DNA from: a virus
IMG/VR virus record: IMGVR_UViG_3300044993_000765
Span: 11,954-75,953 of that record
Direction: 5' to 3' (one strand)
Length of the DNA: 64,000 nucleotides
Of the stretch, positions 39,322-49,238 are shown piece by piece. How positions within the stretch are numbered: the stretch's first letter is position 1; every line of letters starts with the position of its first letter. A program made the position numbers and the translations under genes. Below the pieces are notes generated by a model. That model was not told where the DNA came from, ran no database searches, and saw only the letters and a list, made by a program, of their open reading frames with translations.

Positions 39322-39341
39322 TGCCCCCATTGTTGCCCCCA
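39322..39341. promoter_or_regulatory. Integrase arm-type sites (tgccccca x2, 12-bp period)
   Basis: The same pair with the same spacing occurs at 55289..55308. Confidence 0.75.
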
Positions 39342-39477
39342 GAGCCGGCCTTCTGCACCGGAATGTGGTGGGACTGCGCGGGACAAACGACGATCACGAC
39401 ACCCTGGCGGTTCATTACACACACGCCTTGCACGACAGCGCACGCGACTCAGCAACGCAACCCGCCAGCGGGTGCGC

Positions 39478-40053
39478 CTACTTCGGTTCGGCCGCGTCTC
39501 CCTGCTCGTAAAGCGACACCAAACCCTGCTCGCCGACGGCGTGCGTGCTGCACGGGAAATAGACCAGTTCGTCGATCACGTTCAACCACGCGCCGTTGAA
39601 TCGCTCGATCAGGTTGCGCTGCCAAGCATGCGGCATCGCCCAGATGTGTTTGCAGCGGGCCACGGCAACGTCATAGCTCGCATGCGGCTCGAAGTACACC
39701 AGGTACAGCGGCGTCACCTGTTCTGGTCCATAGCGGCGCTTCTGCATGCGATTGATCCAGTTCATCTCTTCATAGGCCCACACCAGACTGCTCGACACCG
39801 CCTTGCTTGCGACGTTGACGTAGTACGGCCGGGCGCGCGCAAATGCCAACATGTACACGACGGCCTCCGGTTCCGGCAGAGGTCGGCCGCGCAGGCTGTC
39901 CAGCGTCCAGGTGGTCGCCTCCGGCGCTGGGACTTCGGATCGCGCGGTCTCCGCCTCCAGCGTCGCCGGGGTGAGGCTTGCGAGATCAGCCGCCACCGCC
40001 GCCTCCACCACCTCCGCCGCCGCCACCCCCATCGCCGCCGCCATCGCCATCAC
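39478..40053 (-). CDS. Degenerate GIY-YIG (YhbQ-like) protein; start uncertain
   Basis: VYMLA...YYV and LVYFE.H....A.AR.K.I....AW...LIE..N..W. Confidence 0.5.
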   Translation of the reverse strand: MMAMAAAMGVAAAEVVEAAVAADLASLTPATLEAETARSEVPAPEATTWTLDSLRGRPLPEPEAVVYMLAFARARPYYVNVASKAVSSSLVWAYEEMNWINRMQKRRYGPEQVTPLYLVYFEPHASYDVAVARCKHIWAMPHAWQRNLIERFNGAWLNVIDELVYFPCSTHAVGEQGLVSLYEQGDAAEPK

Positions 40054-43000
40054 CCTGTGGTCCCGATGATGGTGTCAGCGTGCGCGGGCCGATCCGCATC
40101 ACCGGACCCTCGGTTTCCTGTCGCTCCTTTTTCGCCAGTTCTTCGGCCTGTATCTGCGCCAACACCTGTTCTCGCATCACCGTTGCAGCCTGCGCCATCG
40201 CTGAGGACTGCTCCAGCGAAGTGTGCAGCGCCTGCTGCGTATTGATCCCCGCACGGTGGCAGTAGTCGGTCGTCGGATCGCCCTGCACCGGAATCAGCGT
40301 GGCAGGCAAGCCGGGACCGGGCGCGCTTTGGGTGCTTACGCACAGACTGTCGATACGGGTGGCGAACTTGTCTTCGGCCAGGAACTGCGCCACCACGCCG
40401 GCCGCTAAGCGGCTTTTCTCCTCCTGCGTCAGCAGGCCCGCCGGCACCACGTCGCCGCGTTCGATCAGGCCCAACGCCTGCGTGTACATCGCATGCGCCG
40501 GGTGGCCGGGGTGCGTCATCAGCGTGGGCGCGGGCGACGCTTGTTCCGATGCTTGGGTGGGTTGCCGATCTTCTTCGCGTTCGTCGCGGGTCGCGGCGCG
40601 ATGGGCGAGCGCCGGATCGAGTGCCGTCGCGGTTTGCGGTGCGGTTTGCGCCTCGGCGCGCGCGGTATATTCGGGTTCGCGCTCGGGTGTGTCGTCGGTG
40701 CTGCGTGCCGTCGATGCGGACAGGCCCACGGTACGCGCTGCGGCGGCGGGCTCCGGTGTGTCCTGTGCTGGCGTCGAACGGTTTGGGCCGCTTGGTTCGC
40801 CACGTTCCCGCTCGCGTTGCGCCGCAAGCGCACGATCCACCGCGTCGCGCGTGTCCTGATCGGCGATGCCAGTCGCGGGGATGCCGTGCATCGTCTGGAA
40901 CTGGCGCACGGCGTGTTCGGTTTCCGGGCCGTACTGGCCGGTTTGTGGGATCTGCGTGCCGTCCGGTCCACGATAGCCTTGCCGGTCGAGGCGGTATTGC
41001 AACAGTTCGACATCATCGCTGCGGTCGCCCAGGCGTAGAACATCGGGATCGGATGTCGTGGGCGCGGGCGTCGTCGTTTCGATCTTCGCGGCGGTGCGCT
41101 CAGACTCTGGCAACGATTCGCGTTCTGGCGCGGCGGTCACGGTGGACGGTGGCGAGGGTTCGCGCGGTGTTTCGACTGCCGGCGACGCGGCGTGTCGATC
41201 GCTCGTCGCCGTTCGCACATCCGGTTCGGTGGTCGTCGTGTTCGGCTGCTGTGCGGATTCGCGTTCGCTCACAGGCGCGGTGGTGGGCGGGCTGCTGTCG
41301 TTCGCCTGCACACCGTTGGGCGGCGTTTGATCGCGCGCCGCGCGCTCAGCGTCGCGATGCTGTTCGATGTCCGCGCGTTCGCGCTCAATACGCGCGGCGT
41401 CATCGTCGCGTGCGTCGCGCGCCATCGTTGCGACGGCTGTCGCCGCCAGTGGAACATTCTGCGCCGTGGGCGTGTCCTGCACACGTTCGCGCTGCGGTGT
41501 GTTCTCCGGCGTTTCCTCGGTGGCGCGTGCTGCGTCGCCTGCCGGCGTCATCACGCGCGCCGATGCGCCCACGGCTGCCGCATCGACAGCTTGCTGCGCG
41601 TCTTCTTTCGACAACCCCTGTCGATTCGCCTCGCGCTGCGCCTGTTCGCGTGCGTCGCGTTCTTCGGGCGTCGCCTGCGTGATCGTGCGTTCCGGCACCG
41701 GCTGCGCATACGCGACGGCGTACTGCGTCGGCTGATCGGCGATGCCGGTCGCAGGCAAGTCGTGGGCCTGCTGAAATTTCGCGACCGCGTACACGGTGTC
41801 TTGGTCGTAGTGTCCATTTTGCGGAAGCGGCTGGCCGTCGATCCCACGATAGCCCTGTTGATCGAGACGGTATTGCAGCAACGCGACCTGATCGTTGCGG
41901 TCGCCGGGGTACGCGGTATCGGGATCGCGCGGGCCTGCCATCATCGCTTGGATCGCGGCGGTTTGCGCGGGGTTCTGTGTCGTGGGCACATCCTGCGCGC
42001 GCTCGCGTTGTGGTGCGTTCTCCAACGCCTGTTCGGGCGTGCGGATTGCATCCTCTGCTGGCGTGGTTCCGCGCGCCGGTGCGCCGATGGTGGCCGCATG
42101 GACGGCTTGCTGCGTGTCGTCGTTCGATAGTCCTTGCCGGTTCGCTTCGCGTTGCGCCTGCTCCGCAGCGTCGCGTTGCTCCGGCGTGGCGAACGCGATG
42201 GTCTGCTCGGGTGCTGCATGCGCGGGCGATGGCGCTTGCTGTTCATGCGATTTCAGTTCGCGCAACTCGGCCGCGATGTCGTTCGGCGTCGTGGTCGCCG
42301 CTGTCTCCACGTTCTTGCCGTCAGCGCCGCCAAAACGCGTATGACGAATCTCAATCTCGGCGATGGACTTCCCCGCCGTGTTCGGCTCAAGTTCAAGCGC
42401 ATTGACGCCCGCTATCAGCCCATGCTCGGCGCGCGTGCGTTGCACGGCAGCGTAGGCCGCCTCGAATTCCTCTGGTCGAACGTCGGGATTGCGGCCCGCA
42501 TCGACGTACAGGCGGCGCAATGCGGCGCGGTCGGCCTGTTCTGGCGTGGGCGGCGTCCAGTCGGGAATGCGCGCGAGTTCCTTCTCGTATCCCGGCATCG
42601 CCGAAAGCAAGCGTTCGCGCGTCAAGTCCAGTTCCAGCGCGCGCTGAGGGGGTGCCGGTTCGCCGCCGCGCATCCACGTCCCTTGCGCATCCCGTTCGTA
42701 AACACGTTCGTCGGAGGCTTGCAGTCGGTCGGTCGTCATGGCGCTGGTCACGGCCGCCGGCACCTCGCCGGCTTCGCCGTAGCCGTAGGCTTTGTGTCCC
42801 AACTGGTAGCGCATCGCGATGGCCGCCGGCCCCGCTTGAAGGTTCTCGTCTATCGTCTGGCGTGCTTGGGCATTCAACTGCGCGGTGCGCTCTGGACTGG
42901 CGTACTCCGGCTCCGCGTTCCACTCGGGGGCGCCTTCGCGATCCACGGTATCGGCCACTTGGCGCGACCAGCGTTCGCTTTCCACGTTGTAGGTCCAACG

Positions 43001-44308
43001 TCCTGTCTGCACATGCGCGGGGTCGCTCTCCGACACCGGCTGCACGAACGGGTTGCGCGGCGTCGGCACCTTGCCCAGCGCCTGTTCGGCCGCCTCCACC
43101 CCGGCCTGATAACTCAACTGCTGCGCTTTCTCGGGGGGCGCGCGATACCGCGCCGGTTGAAAGTCGCTGATCCCATCGTCCACTCGGTCGGCGCGCAAAT
43201 CTTCGCGAATCCAGTCCTTGCCGTTGTAGCCCCACGTCACGCCCGGTTCGTCGCGATCTTTCTGCGAATAAATCTTCTCGTTTTGCCAATGCGTGACGGC
43301 GCGATCAGCGGCTTCGGCCATGAGAAACGCATCGGCCGCCACCAACACCAGCGGACCCGTGCCCGTGGCGCCCACGGCGGCCGCCGTGAGCGTGCCGCCG
43401 CCCCAGCCCGCGACATTCCGTGCGCCGAAACGTGCCCACTGCTCGTTCGCGGCGGTCGCGTTGTCCTGCGCCCACAGTTCGCTGGTGCGTACCGTCGTTT
43501 GGTACGCATCGAGTCCCGTTGCCGCAATACCGCCCATGCGCAGGGCTTGGTTGGCGGAAAGATCGCCGACCAGAAATTCAGGCGAGATAAAACCGCGCTG
43601 GCCGCGTGGCACGCGGAACGCGCGCTCTGCCGCTTCGGCCCCTTGCTCGGTCAGCGTCAAGCGACCATTCTCCTGCGCGCTGTCCACCGCCTCCGACAAG
43701 CTCTGCAAGCCTCTCGCGGCATTGCCCTTGATGGTTTTCTTTCCGGGCTGGTCGATGGTCTCCAGGCTGGCGGTCAGATGCGATTCGGATTTCAGCACCG
43801 CCGGCCAACGCGCTTCGGGGCCGGTGAGTTTGCCGACCGCCTCGATCTCAAGCGCATGCGTGCGCTGGTATTCGGGGAGATTGCGAAAGAACGCCGCGTT
43901 CCTCGCGTTCGCGGCTTCGGGTGTCATGCCTTCCGGCGTGTTGGTCAGCAGATCGCCGTTGACCATTGCGAATTTGAGGGTGTCGCAGAGGTGGTTTACT
44001 CTTGCCGCTACCCGCTCGGCGGCGGCTCGATTTCCTGCGAGTGTGGCTTGACCATCCGGCGTTTCGGCCAGCTTTTCAAGTGCGTCTGTCAGTTTGTCAG
44101 AATACTCGCCCAGCGGTCCACCATTGTGAGGCGTGACGTCGAGTTTCAATGCTAATTGCCTGTCGGCAGGCAAGTTCAGCAGATTGCGGTCGCCATGTAA
44201 GTCAAACAGACCTCCTCGCGTGAGGTCTTGCAATAGCTTGCTTCTTTTATACGCATCTTGCTCAATGACGTGATGCCCTTGAAATACAGGCTGGTCGTGC
44301 TTAGCCAT
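39986..44308 (-). CDS. X-T4SS effector: N-terminal AHH (HNH-fold) nuclease, two peptidoglycan-binding domains, C-terminal XVIPCD-like domain
   Basis: FQGHHVI...NLLNLP...PHNGG; two V.LLQYRL..QGY...AV..FQ..H..P.TG.AD repeats; HPAHAMY...PVQGDP...TSLEQSS. Confidence 0.82.
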   Translation of the reverse strand: MAKHDQPVFQGHHVIEQDAYKRSKLLQDLTRGGLFDLHGDRNLLNLPADRQLALKLDVTPHNGGPLGEYSDKLTDALEKLAETPDGQATLAGNRAAAERVAARVNHLCDTLKFAMVNGDLLTNTPEGMTPEAANARNAAFFRNLPEYQRTHALEIEAVGKLTGPEARWPAVLKSESHLTASLETIDQPGKKTIKGNAARGLQSLSEAVDSAQENGRLTLTEQGAEAAERAFRVPRGQRGFISPEFLVGDLSANQALRMGGIAATGLDAYQTTVRTSELWAQDNATAANEQWARFGARNVAGWGGGTLTAAAVGATGTGPLVLVAADAFLMAEAADRAVTHWQNEKIYSQKDRDEPGVTWGYNGKDWIREDLRADRVDDGISDFQPARYRAPPEKAQQLSYQAGVEAAEQALGKVPTPRNPFVQPVSESDPAHVQTGRWTYNVESERWSRQVADTVDREGAPEWNAEPEYASPERTAQLNAQARQTIDENLQAGPAAIAMRYQLGHKAYGYGEAGEVPAAVTSAMTTDRLQASDERVYERDAQGTWMRGGEPAPPQRALELDLTRERLLSAMPGYEKELARIPDWTPPTPEQADRAALRRLYVDAGRNPDVRPEEFEAAYAAVQRTRAEHGLIAGVNALELEPNTAGKSIAEIEIRHTRFGGADGKNVETAATTTPNDIAAELRELKSHEQQAPSPAHAAPEQTIAFATPEQRDAAEQAQREANRQGLSNDDTQQAVHAATIGAPARGTTPAEDAIRTPEQALENAPQRERAQDVPTTQNPAQTAAIQAMMAGPRDPDTAYPGDRNDQVALLQYRLDQQGYRGIDGQPLPQNGHYDQDTVYAVAKFQQAHDLPATGIADQPTQYAVAYAQPVPERTITQATPEERDAREQAQREANRQGLSKEDAQQAVDAAAVGASARVMTPAGDAARATEETPENTPQRERVQDTPTAQNVPLAATAVATMARDARDDDAARIERERADIEQHRDAERAARDQTPPNGVQANDSSPPTTAPVSERESAQQPNTTTTEPDVRTATSDRHAASPAVETPREPSPPSTVTAAPERESLPESERTAAKIETTTPAPTTSDPDVLRLGDRSDDVELLQYRLDRQGYRGPDGTQIPQTGQYGPETEHAVRQFQTMHGIPATGIADQDTRDAVDRALAAQRERERGEPSGPNRSTPAQDTPEPAAAARTVGLSASTARSTDDTPEREPEYTARAEAQTAPQTATALDPALAHRAATRDEREEDRQPTQASEQASPAPTLMTHPGHPAHAMYTQALGLIERGDVVPAGLLTQEEKSRLAAGVVAQFLAEDKFATRIDSLCVSTQSAPGPGLPATLIPVQGDPTTDYCHRAGINTQQALHTSLEQSSAMAQAATVMREQVLAQIQAEELAKKERQETEGPVMRIGPRTLTPSSGPQGDGDGGGDGGGGGGGGGGGGGG
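41441..42190 (-). repeat. Internal ~78-aa duplication in the effector (about 41441..41674 and 41957..42190)
   Basis: ATPE.RDA.EQAQREANRQGLS..D.QQAV...PQRER.QD.PT.QN occurs twice. Confidence 0.85.
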
Positions 44309-44350
44309 GATGAAATTCTCCGATGAATAAGCAAAGGGCTATCGCAGCAA

Positions 44351-45004
44351 TCAGAAATCTGCTGCGTCTCTCCAGTGCAAGCCATCCGAGCTGGGCTTGA
44401 CCCCGATTCCTGCTTTACGGATTGCGTCGTACATGATCCGATCACAGATAACGGTGAGCGGTTTCTCTGCCATCCGAAACACATGGGCCGAACCAACGAC
44501 ATCTTTCTTAAATGCAAGCTTCGCGCCCCTCGTAAAATCTATAATTTCTACGTCTTTCCCTGTGCGAAAATCGTGTTCGATATCAACAAAAAACTCAGAG
44601 TTTTCCCTGTCCAGAGCAGATAGTTTTCGCACCACATCGCACAGGTAGAACTGTGGCCCTTGCGATCCATCAGGCAACACGTAGTCGCATGCGGCGAACT
44701 CAAACGCCTCCGGGTCAACGGATTCAAAGACGTTCTTCAATCGCTCTGACACGAGCCAGTAACCACCAAAATCCCCATCCAGATCATTCGGCGGCCTGTT
44801 CTTTCCTGGCCCAGTGCCATGAACTAGACGTGGCGTTTCCGGCAGGGGCGGAATGCCGCCTTCAGGTGGCCGAATGATGCGAGAGGGCGGCGTCAACAAT
44901 GCTTCTTCGTTTGCGAGAACGACATTGGATAGCGGCGAACTGCTGCGCGAATCTGGACGCAGCAAGTAGAACTGTCCTTTCTCGGACTTTTGCTTGGTGG
45001 TCAT
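44351..45004 (-). CDS. DUF1629/Imm11-family immunity protein
   Basis: WLVSERLKNVFESVDPEAFEF...YLCDVVRKLSALD; directly upstream of the AHH toxin. Confidence 0.78.
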   Translation of the reverse strand: MTTKQKSEKGQFYLLRPDSRSSSPLSNVVLANEEALLTPPSRIIRPPEGGIPPLPETPRLVHGTGPGKNRPPNDLDGDFGGYWLVSERLKNVFESVDPEAFEFAACDYVLPDGSQGPQFYLCDVVRKLSALDRENSEFFVDIEHDFRTGKDVEIIDFTRGAKLAFKKDVVGSAHVFRMAEKPLTVICDRIMYDAIRKAGIGVKPSSDGLHWRDAADF

Positions 45005-45519
45005 CGTGTCCTCACTGCTCATCAATGTGTCGGTGGTCATGCAGGTCAATCGTATCGATATTTACGTGAAGGCGTCAGCATCAGCAACATGCACGCGACG
45101 CTGGCACGGCTTCGCCATTGCGCATCCACGGCCCTTGCGTATCACGTTCGTAGTCGCGGTGGTCGGATGCGCGCAGTCGGTTGGTCGTGATGGCGGATCG
45201 CCTTTACGGCGCACGGCAACTGCTGGCGGATCGTGCAGCCGGTCGTTTCGATTCGGTCGCAGCCGCTGGTGCGGGGCGATGTCGTTGTTCTCCGTCATGG
45301 AGCATTCCTGTCCTGAGTCGTCCAAATTATGACAGCGGGTCCAGCCGGTGGCACACGGCCGGATTGGCGGGCGCGGTCGTCACAGCAGGTACAGCAACAG
45401 GGCGACCAGCCATTTGCAGACCCCGATCACAAGATCGTAGCGCCGCATTCTGCGTTGGTCTGCGCAATGCGCACCGTGCCTGCGCCGGGGGCGGCCAGGT
45501 GCCGACGTTGCGCGCGCAA

Positions 45520-45942
45520 TCAGGCCGCGTCCTCGATCACATACCCATGCGTATCCGCGATGCGACGTGAGTTCGCGTGGGGATCGGTACGTGCGATTTC
45601 CTCGCGTCGGATCACCAATCCAGACGGTGCGATCACTGCAATGCGGATCTGTCGCTGCCCGCCGCGCACCTTGCGCTTTGCGCTGGTCGCTTCTCCGACA
45701 ACGATCACCGCATCGCCGAGTTGCAAGGACTCGCCCGTGAGCAACCAGAGCAGGTAGAACGCGCTGCCGTTGGAAGTCGTCACCGGCCGCAGCGCGTCGC
45801 CTTCATCGGCGACCAGGACATCCAGTGGCGCGGCGACGGCGACAAGCACGCACGACCCGCGACGATCGCGCACGGTCAACCTCACGTCGTCACCGATGCG
45901 CAGGCTTTCGCCCGTCCTTCGATTCAGTACCAACCGGCCCAT
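45520..45942 (-). CDS. Single-chain tandem CsrA/RsmA-like protein
   Basis: LVLNRRTGESLRIGDDV...QIRIAVIAPSGLVIRREEI; homolog of 24053..24499. Confidence 0.8.
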   Translation of the reverse strand: MGRLVLNRRTGESLRIGDDVRLTVRDRRGSCVLVAVAAPLDVLVADEGDALRPVTTSNGSAFYLLWLLTGESLQLGDAVIVVGEATSAKRKVRGGQRQIRIAVIAPSGLVIRREEIARTDPHANSRRIADTHGYVIEDAA

Positions 45943-45943
45943 G

Positions 45944-46315
45944 TCATCCCTTCCTTTGGTAGCGCGACAGGCGCGCGCCCTGGGTACGCGCGATTTGCAT
46001 CGCTTCAGGTGCCTCTATCTCGAACTGCGCATCGCGCATCGCACGCGCGGTGCCTGCGTGTTCTCGCGCATCGCTGATGCGTACGCGCACCGGGCCAATC
46101 TCGAACGCATCACCGTCGAACAGGGCGAGGACGTGCGCGCGCCAACCGAATCCGCACGGCGCACTGGCGCGGAAGCCGTCCACGTCGCCCAGTGCGTTGT
46201 CCTGATGGGCCTCGATGTAGACGTACCAGGTGCCATCGACCCACCCGGTCAGATTCAAGCGGATGTGGTCGCCAAAACTGACGATTTCGCCGATGGCGAC
46301 GTGCAGCACGCGCAT
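45944..46315 (-). CDS. Highly degenerate tandem CsrA-like protein
   Basis: VLHVAIGEIVSFGDHIRL...FEIGPVRV...FEIEAP. Confidence 0.6.
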   Translation of the reverse strand: MRVLHVAIGEIVSFGDHIRLNLTGWVDGTWYVYIEAHQDNALGDVDGFRASAPCGFGWRAHVLALFDGDAFEIGPVRVRISDAREHAGTARAMRDAQFEIEAPEAMQIARTQGARLSRYQRKG

Positions 46316-46761
46316 CAGCGATGCCCCGAGAAAGTACCGGCCTCGCCCAGCGTCCCGCCCAAGGGGGCGCGCGGCAACGCGGAGGAGGCCGGCAGGGAAA
46401 CCGGGGCGAACCTGTCCCGGAGCGATGAGCCGATAACCCGATCCGCCACGGCGGACGCGATGCCAAGGTGAACCGCGTCATCGCAGCCGCGTGCATGTGG
46501 CACCACGTCGCCGGGCAACCAGACCTGCAAGGCCAGATGCCCCAGTCGGAAGCGGCGCACGGCCAGCAGTGAGAAGACATAGCCCCAGGTGCCGTCCGCG
46601 CGGCGTAGCGGCTCCAGGCGCGCGCCGTCCAGCCACAGGCAGATGCCGGCTGCCGCGCTCACAGACAGCGCCACACGGGGACCGATGCGAGCCTGGACGA
46701 CGATCCGGCTTCCTTCACCAACCCGGACGGGTTGGCCAACACGGCACGTCATCACCTCCAC
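46315..46761 (-). CDS. Degenerate tandem CsrA-like protein
   Basis: AGGAGG SD before GTG; VMTC.VG..V.VG and Y.FSL..VRRFR...WLPGDVV..A..C.D.VH.GIA shared with 24493..24903. Confidence 0.7.
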   Translation of the reverse strand: MEVMTCRVGQPVRVGEGSRIVVQARIGPRVALSVSAAAGICLWLDGARLEPLRRADGTWGYVFSLLAVRRFRLGHLALQVWLPGDVVPHARGCDDAVHLGIASAVADRVIGSSLRDRFAPVSLPASSALPRAPLGGTLGEAGTFSGHR

Positions 46762-46894
46762 GGGACACCTCCTGTGTGGCCGGACGAGGAGGCCGGCGGC
46801 AGGCGCATCGTTACCGGCGTTAACGCTGGTGTCAATAGGATGAATTTCTGATGTAGGCTTACACCATCCCCGTTCAGCCCGGAACCTGCCCCCC

Positions 46895-47551
46895 ATGAAC
46901 AAGTATTCCCAAGCCTTCCACGACGCCATGAAACGCACCGGCCTGCGTAACGTCGTGATCGCCGCGCACGTCGGGAAAGTCGGCAACAACTGTGTTGCGC
47001 AGTGGCGTTCGGGGCGTCGCCCCATCCCCGCCGAACACGCGCCCAAGGTCGCCGGCCTCCTCGGCATCCTTCCCGAGCAGATCAGCGAGTCCTACGATCG
47101 ACTGGTGAAGGCGGGTGCTCTGCTGCCGGATGCGGTGCCCGGCCGAAATGCGCCGCCGTACGGCCATATCGTGCTGTCGGAACTGGAGGATTTCAGCCGA
47201 GAAGCCGAACAGCCGCGCATCTGGCTCCCGGAGTCGATCACCAAGCGCAAGCTGGGCCTGACGCGGCCCGCCGACGTGCGCTGGGCGCTGCAACCGTCGC
47301 TGTCGATGGCCCCGGACATCGAGCGGCAGGCGCTGGTGCTGATCGACATCACCGCGCAGCGGCACGAGGACGTGGTGGACGGTGGCCTGTACGCCTACGC
47401 GCTATGGGGCAGGCCGGACATCCGGCGCATCCTGGTCCGCCGCGATGCCTGGACGCTGGTGGGGACCAACCCGGAAGTGGAACGGGTGACGGTGACTGAG
47501 GAAGAATTGCCGGAGCTTCGCGTGTTCGGCAGCGTGATCGGCTGGATTTGA
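46895..47551 (+). CDS. XRE HTH regulator with S24-like domain lacking the catalytic Lys
   Basis: QWRSGRRPIPAEHAP; RWALQP...LID...LWGR.D.RRI...GW shared with 25071..25721. Confidence 0.82.
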   Translation: MNKYSQAFHDAMKRTGLRNVVIAAHVGKVGNNCVAQWRSGRRPIPAEHAPKVAGLLGILPEQISESYDRLVKAGALLPDAVPGRNAPPYGHIVLSELEDFSREAEQPRIWLPESITKRKLGLTRPADVRWALQPSLSMAPDIERQALVLIDITAQRHEDVVDGGLYAYALWGRPDIRRILVRRDAWTLVGTNPEVERVTVTEEELPELRVFGSVIGWI

Positions 47552-47654
47552 CGGGCGGGATCGGGCCTAGAATGGCATGACGCCAGCGCGGCGATCGGCA
47601 CACCCTGTCGGATCAGACAGGGGCGGCGACAACACAGGGAACAGGGAGCGGAAT

Positions 47655-49202
47655 GTGGGCAAGACCTGGGGCAGGTATCTCGCGAAGGGCATCGTCATCG
47701 CCGTGGTGTACGGCGTCGCCTATCTGGCGCTGCGCTACATCTCGTTCAACCAGTGGTTCCTGCCGGCGGGGTTGCGCGCGGCATGCCTGCTGTTCCTGCC
47801 GTATCGGTATTGGCCCTTCCTCTTTCTTGGGGAAGCGGGACTCACGCTGTCCAAGAAGATCGAGATGATCGATGTCTATGGTGCAGCATGGGTCTACCTT
47901 AGTCCGTTGCTCATGCCGCCGATGGTCTCGGCGCTTCCATTTCTGGTCAGAAGGAAGCTGGGAACCGGTGATCGGTTGATGCGATGGCTGCCATTGCCCG
48001 CAGCCCTGATGGCCATTTGGTCTTCGACTTGCAATTTCGCGGTGAATCGTCTTCTTGACGGTCCAAATCATCCAGAAGACTTGAAGGCATTCTTGGGGTT
48101 TGTCATTGGCGACTACCTCGGGATTCTCACCGCGCTGATGATCGTTTTTTTGTTTCGATCCCTGCGAAGAGAGCGCCATGTCTCATTTGGCTTCATCCGT
48201 GACTCCGTGATTTCCGCTGCACTGATCGGATTCGCCTACGTCTGGATCGAGCACTTTCTAGCCGAGGACGATTTTCTCCGTCTTGCGTTGCTCATGACGA
48301 TGACGATTCCCATCGTACTACTGACCTTTTTCCACGGTTGGAGAGGAGCCGCTGTTGGCTCATTACTGGCGAGTCTTGGAGTCGCCCAGGCGATGACCTA
48401 TACCGGAATCCAGAACTCAAACAATGACTTGGTTCTCTACGCTCAGATGGGCCTTGTAGTAACGTCTGCCATGTTGCTTCTGCTGGGCGGGCAGATCACT
48501 CGACACTATGAAAGCGCCAAAGCGTCAGGTTTCGCGCAACAGGAAGCACTGAAGCTCGCACGCATGCAGTTGCTGTCCAATGAGCCTGCGGTGCGTGACC
48601 AACTCATCATCATGGCGAGCATGCAGGTGCAGATGGACGACGCCCGCGACCTGCTCGCCAAGGATCTGCACGCCAACGGCAAGGCACGCGAGGCGATGGA
48701 GTTGAACCGCCGCGGCGTCGAGCATCGGCAACTGTTCGAGGTGCAGTCGCTGGTGGTCTATCCCATCGGCATCGAGCGCGACGGCTTGTTCGGCGTGCTC
48801 GACACCGCCGCCTTCCGCGAGTCGCGCGCCAGCGGCGTGGCGGTCGAGTTCGCCTTCGGCCGCATCGACCCGCGCACGCTGTCGGAAGACTTGCAGGTGT
48901 CGGCCTACCGTTGCCTGTGCCACGCCATCGATCACCTGTCGGACTGGGAGCCGGCCCGCTACCGCCTGCGCCTGCGGGTCTGGCATGGTCGCGCCCGGCG
49001 TGGACTCTACCTGTCGGTCGCCATCGACACCGAGTACGCTCGCCACGTCACGCCGCACGGCGAGAGCGCCCTGCTGCTGCTGGAGGCACGGGTCAAGGTC
49101 CACGGCGGGCTGCTGCGCCGTACGCCGCACGGCATTCGCCTGCTTCTGTCGGAGCCGGCCGGGGAGCCTGCCGCCTTCCAGCCGCTGCCCCACACGGAGT
49201 AA
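47655..49202 (+). CDS. MASE1-domain membrane sensor with degenerate kinase-like region
   Basis: SFNQWFLPAGLR...YWPFL, FHGWRGA; homolog of 25825..27381. Confidence 0.82.
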   Translation: MGKTWGRYLAKGIVIAVVYGVAYLALRYISFNQWFLPAGLRAACLLFLPYRYWPFLFLGEAGLTLSKKIEMIDVYGAAWVYLSPLLMPPMVSALPFLVRRKLGTGDRLMRWLPLPAALMAIWSSTCNFAVNRLLDGPNHPEDLKAFLGFVIGDYLGILTALMIVFLFRSLRRERHVSFGFIRDSVISAALIGFAYVWIEHFLAEDDFLRLALLMTMTIPIVLLTFFHGWRGAAVGSLLASLGVAQAMTYTGIQNSNNDLVLYAQMGLVVTSAMLLLLGGQITRHYESAKASGFAQQEALKLARMQLLSNEPAVRDQLIIMASMQVQMDDARDLLAKDLHANGKAREAMELNRRGVEHRQLFEVQSLVVYPIGIERDGLFGVLDTAAFRESRASGVAVEFAFGRIDPRTLSEDLQVSAYRCLCHAIDHLSDWEPARYRLRLRVWHGRARRGLYLSVAIDTEYARHVTPHGESALLLLEARVKVHGGLLRRTPHGIRLLLSEPAGEPAAFQPLPHTE

Positions 49203-49238
49203 GCCCGGACGCCCTCGCGGGCTTCCGGGCCGCCGTCC

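Noticed and set aside
39986-40050. (GCC/ACC)n repeat as a possible contingency locus or array
   Set aside because: Encodes the poly-Gly tail of the effector; triplet changes would not shift the frame.
45062-45325. 87-aa ORF between the CsrA-like genes and the immunity gene
   Set aside because: No recognisable motif and no counterpart in the other cassette; may be leader sequence.
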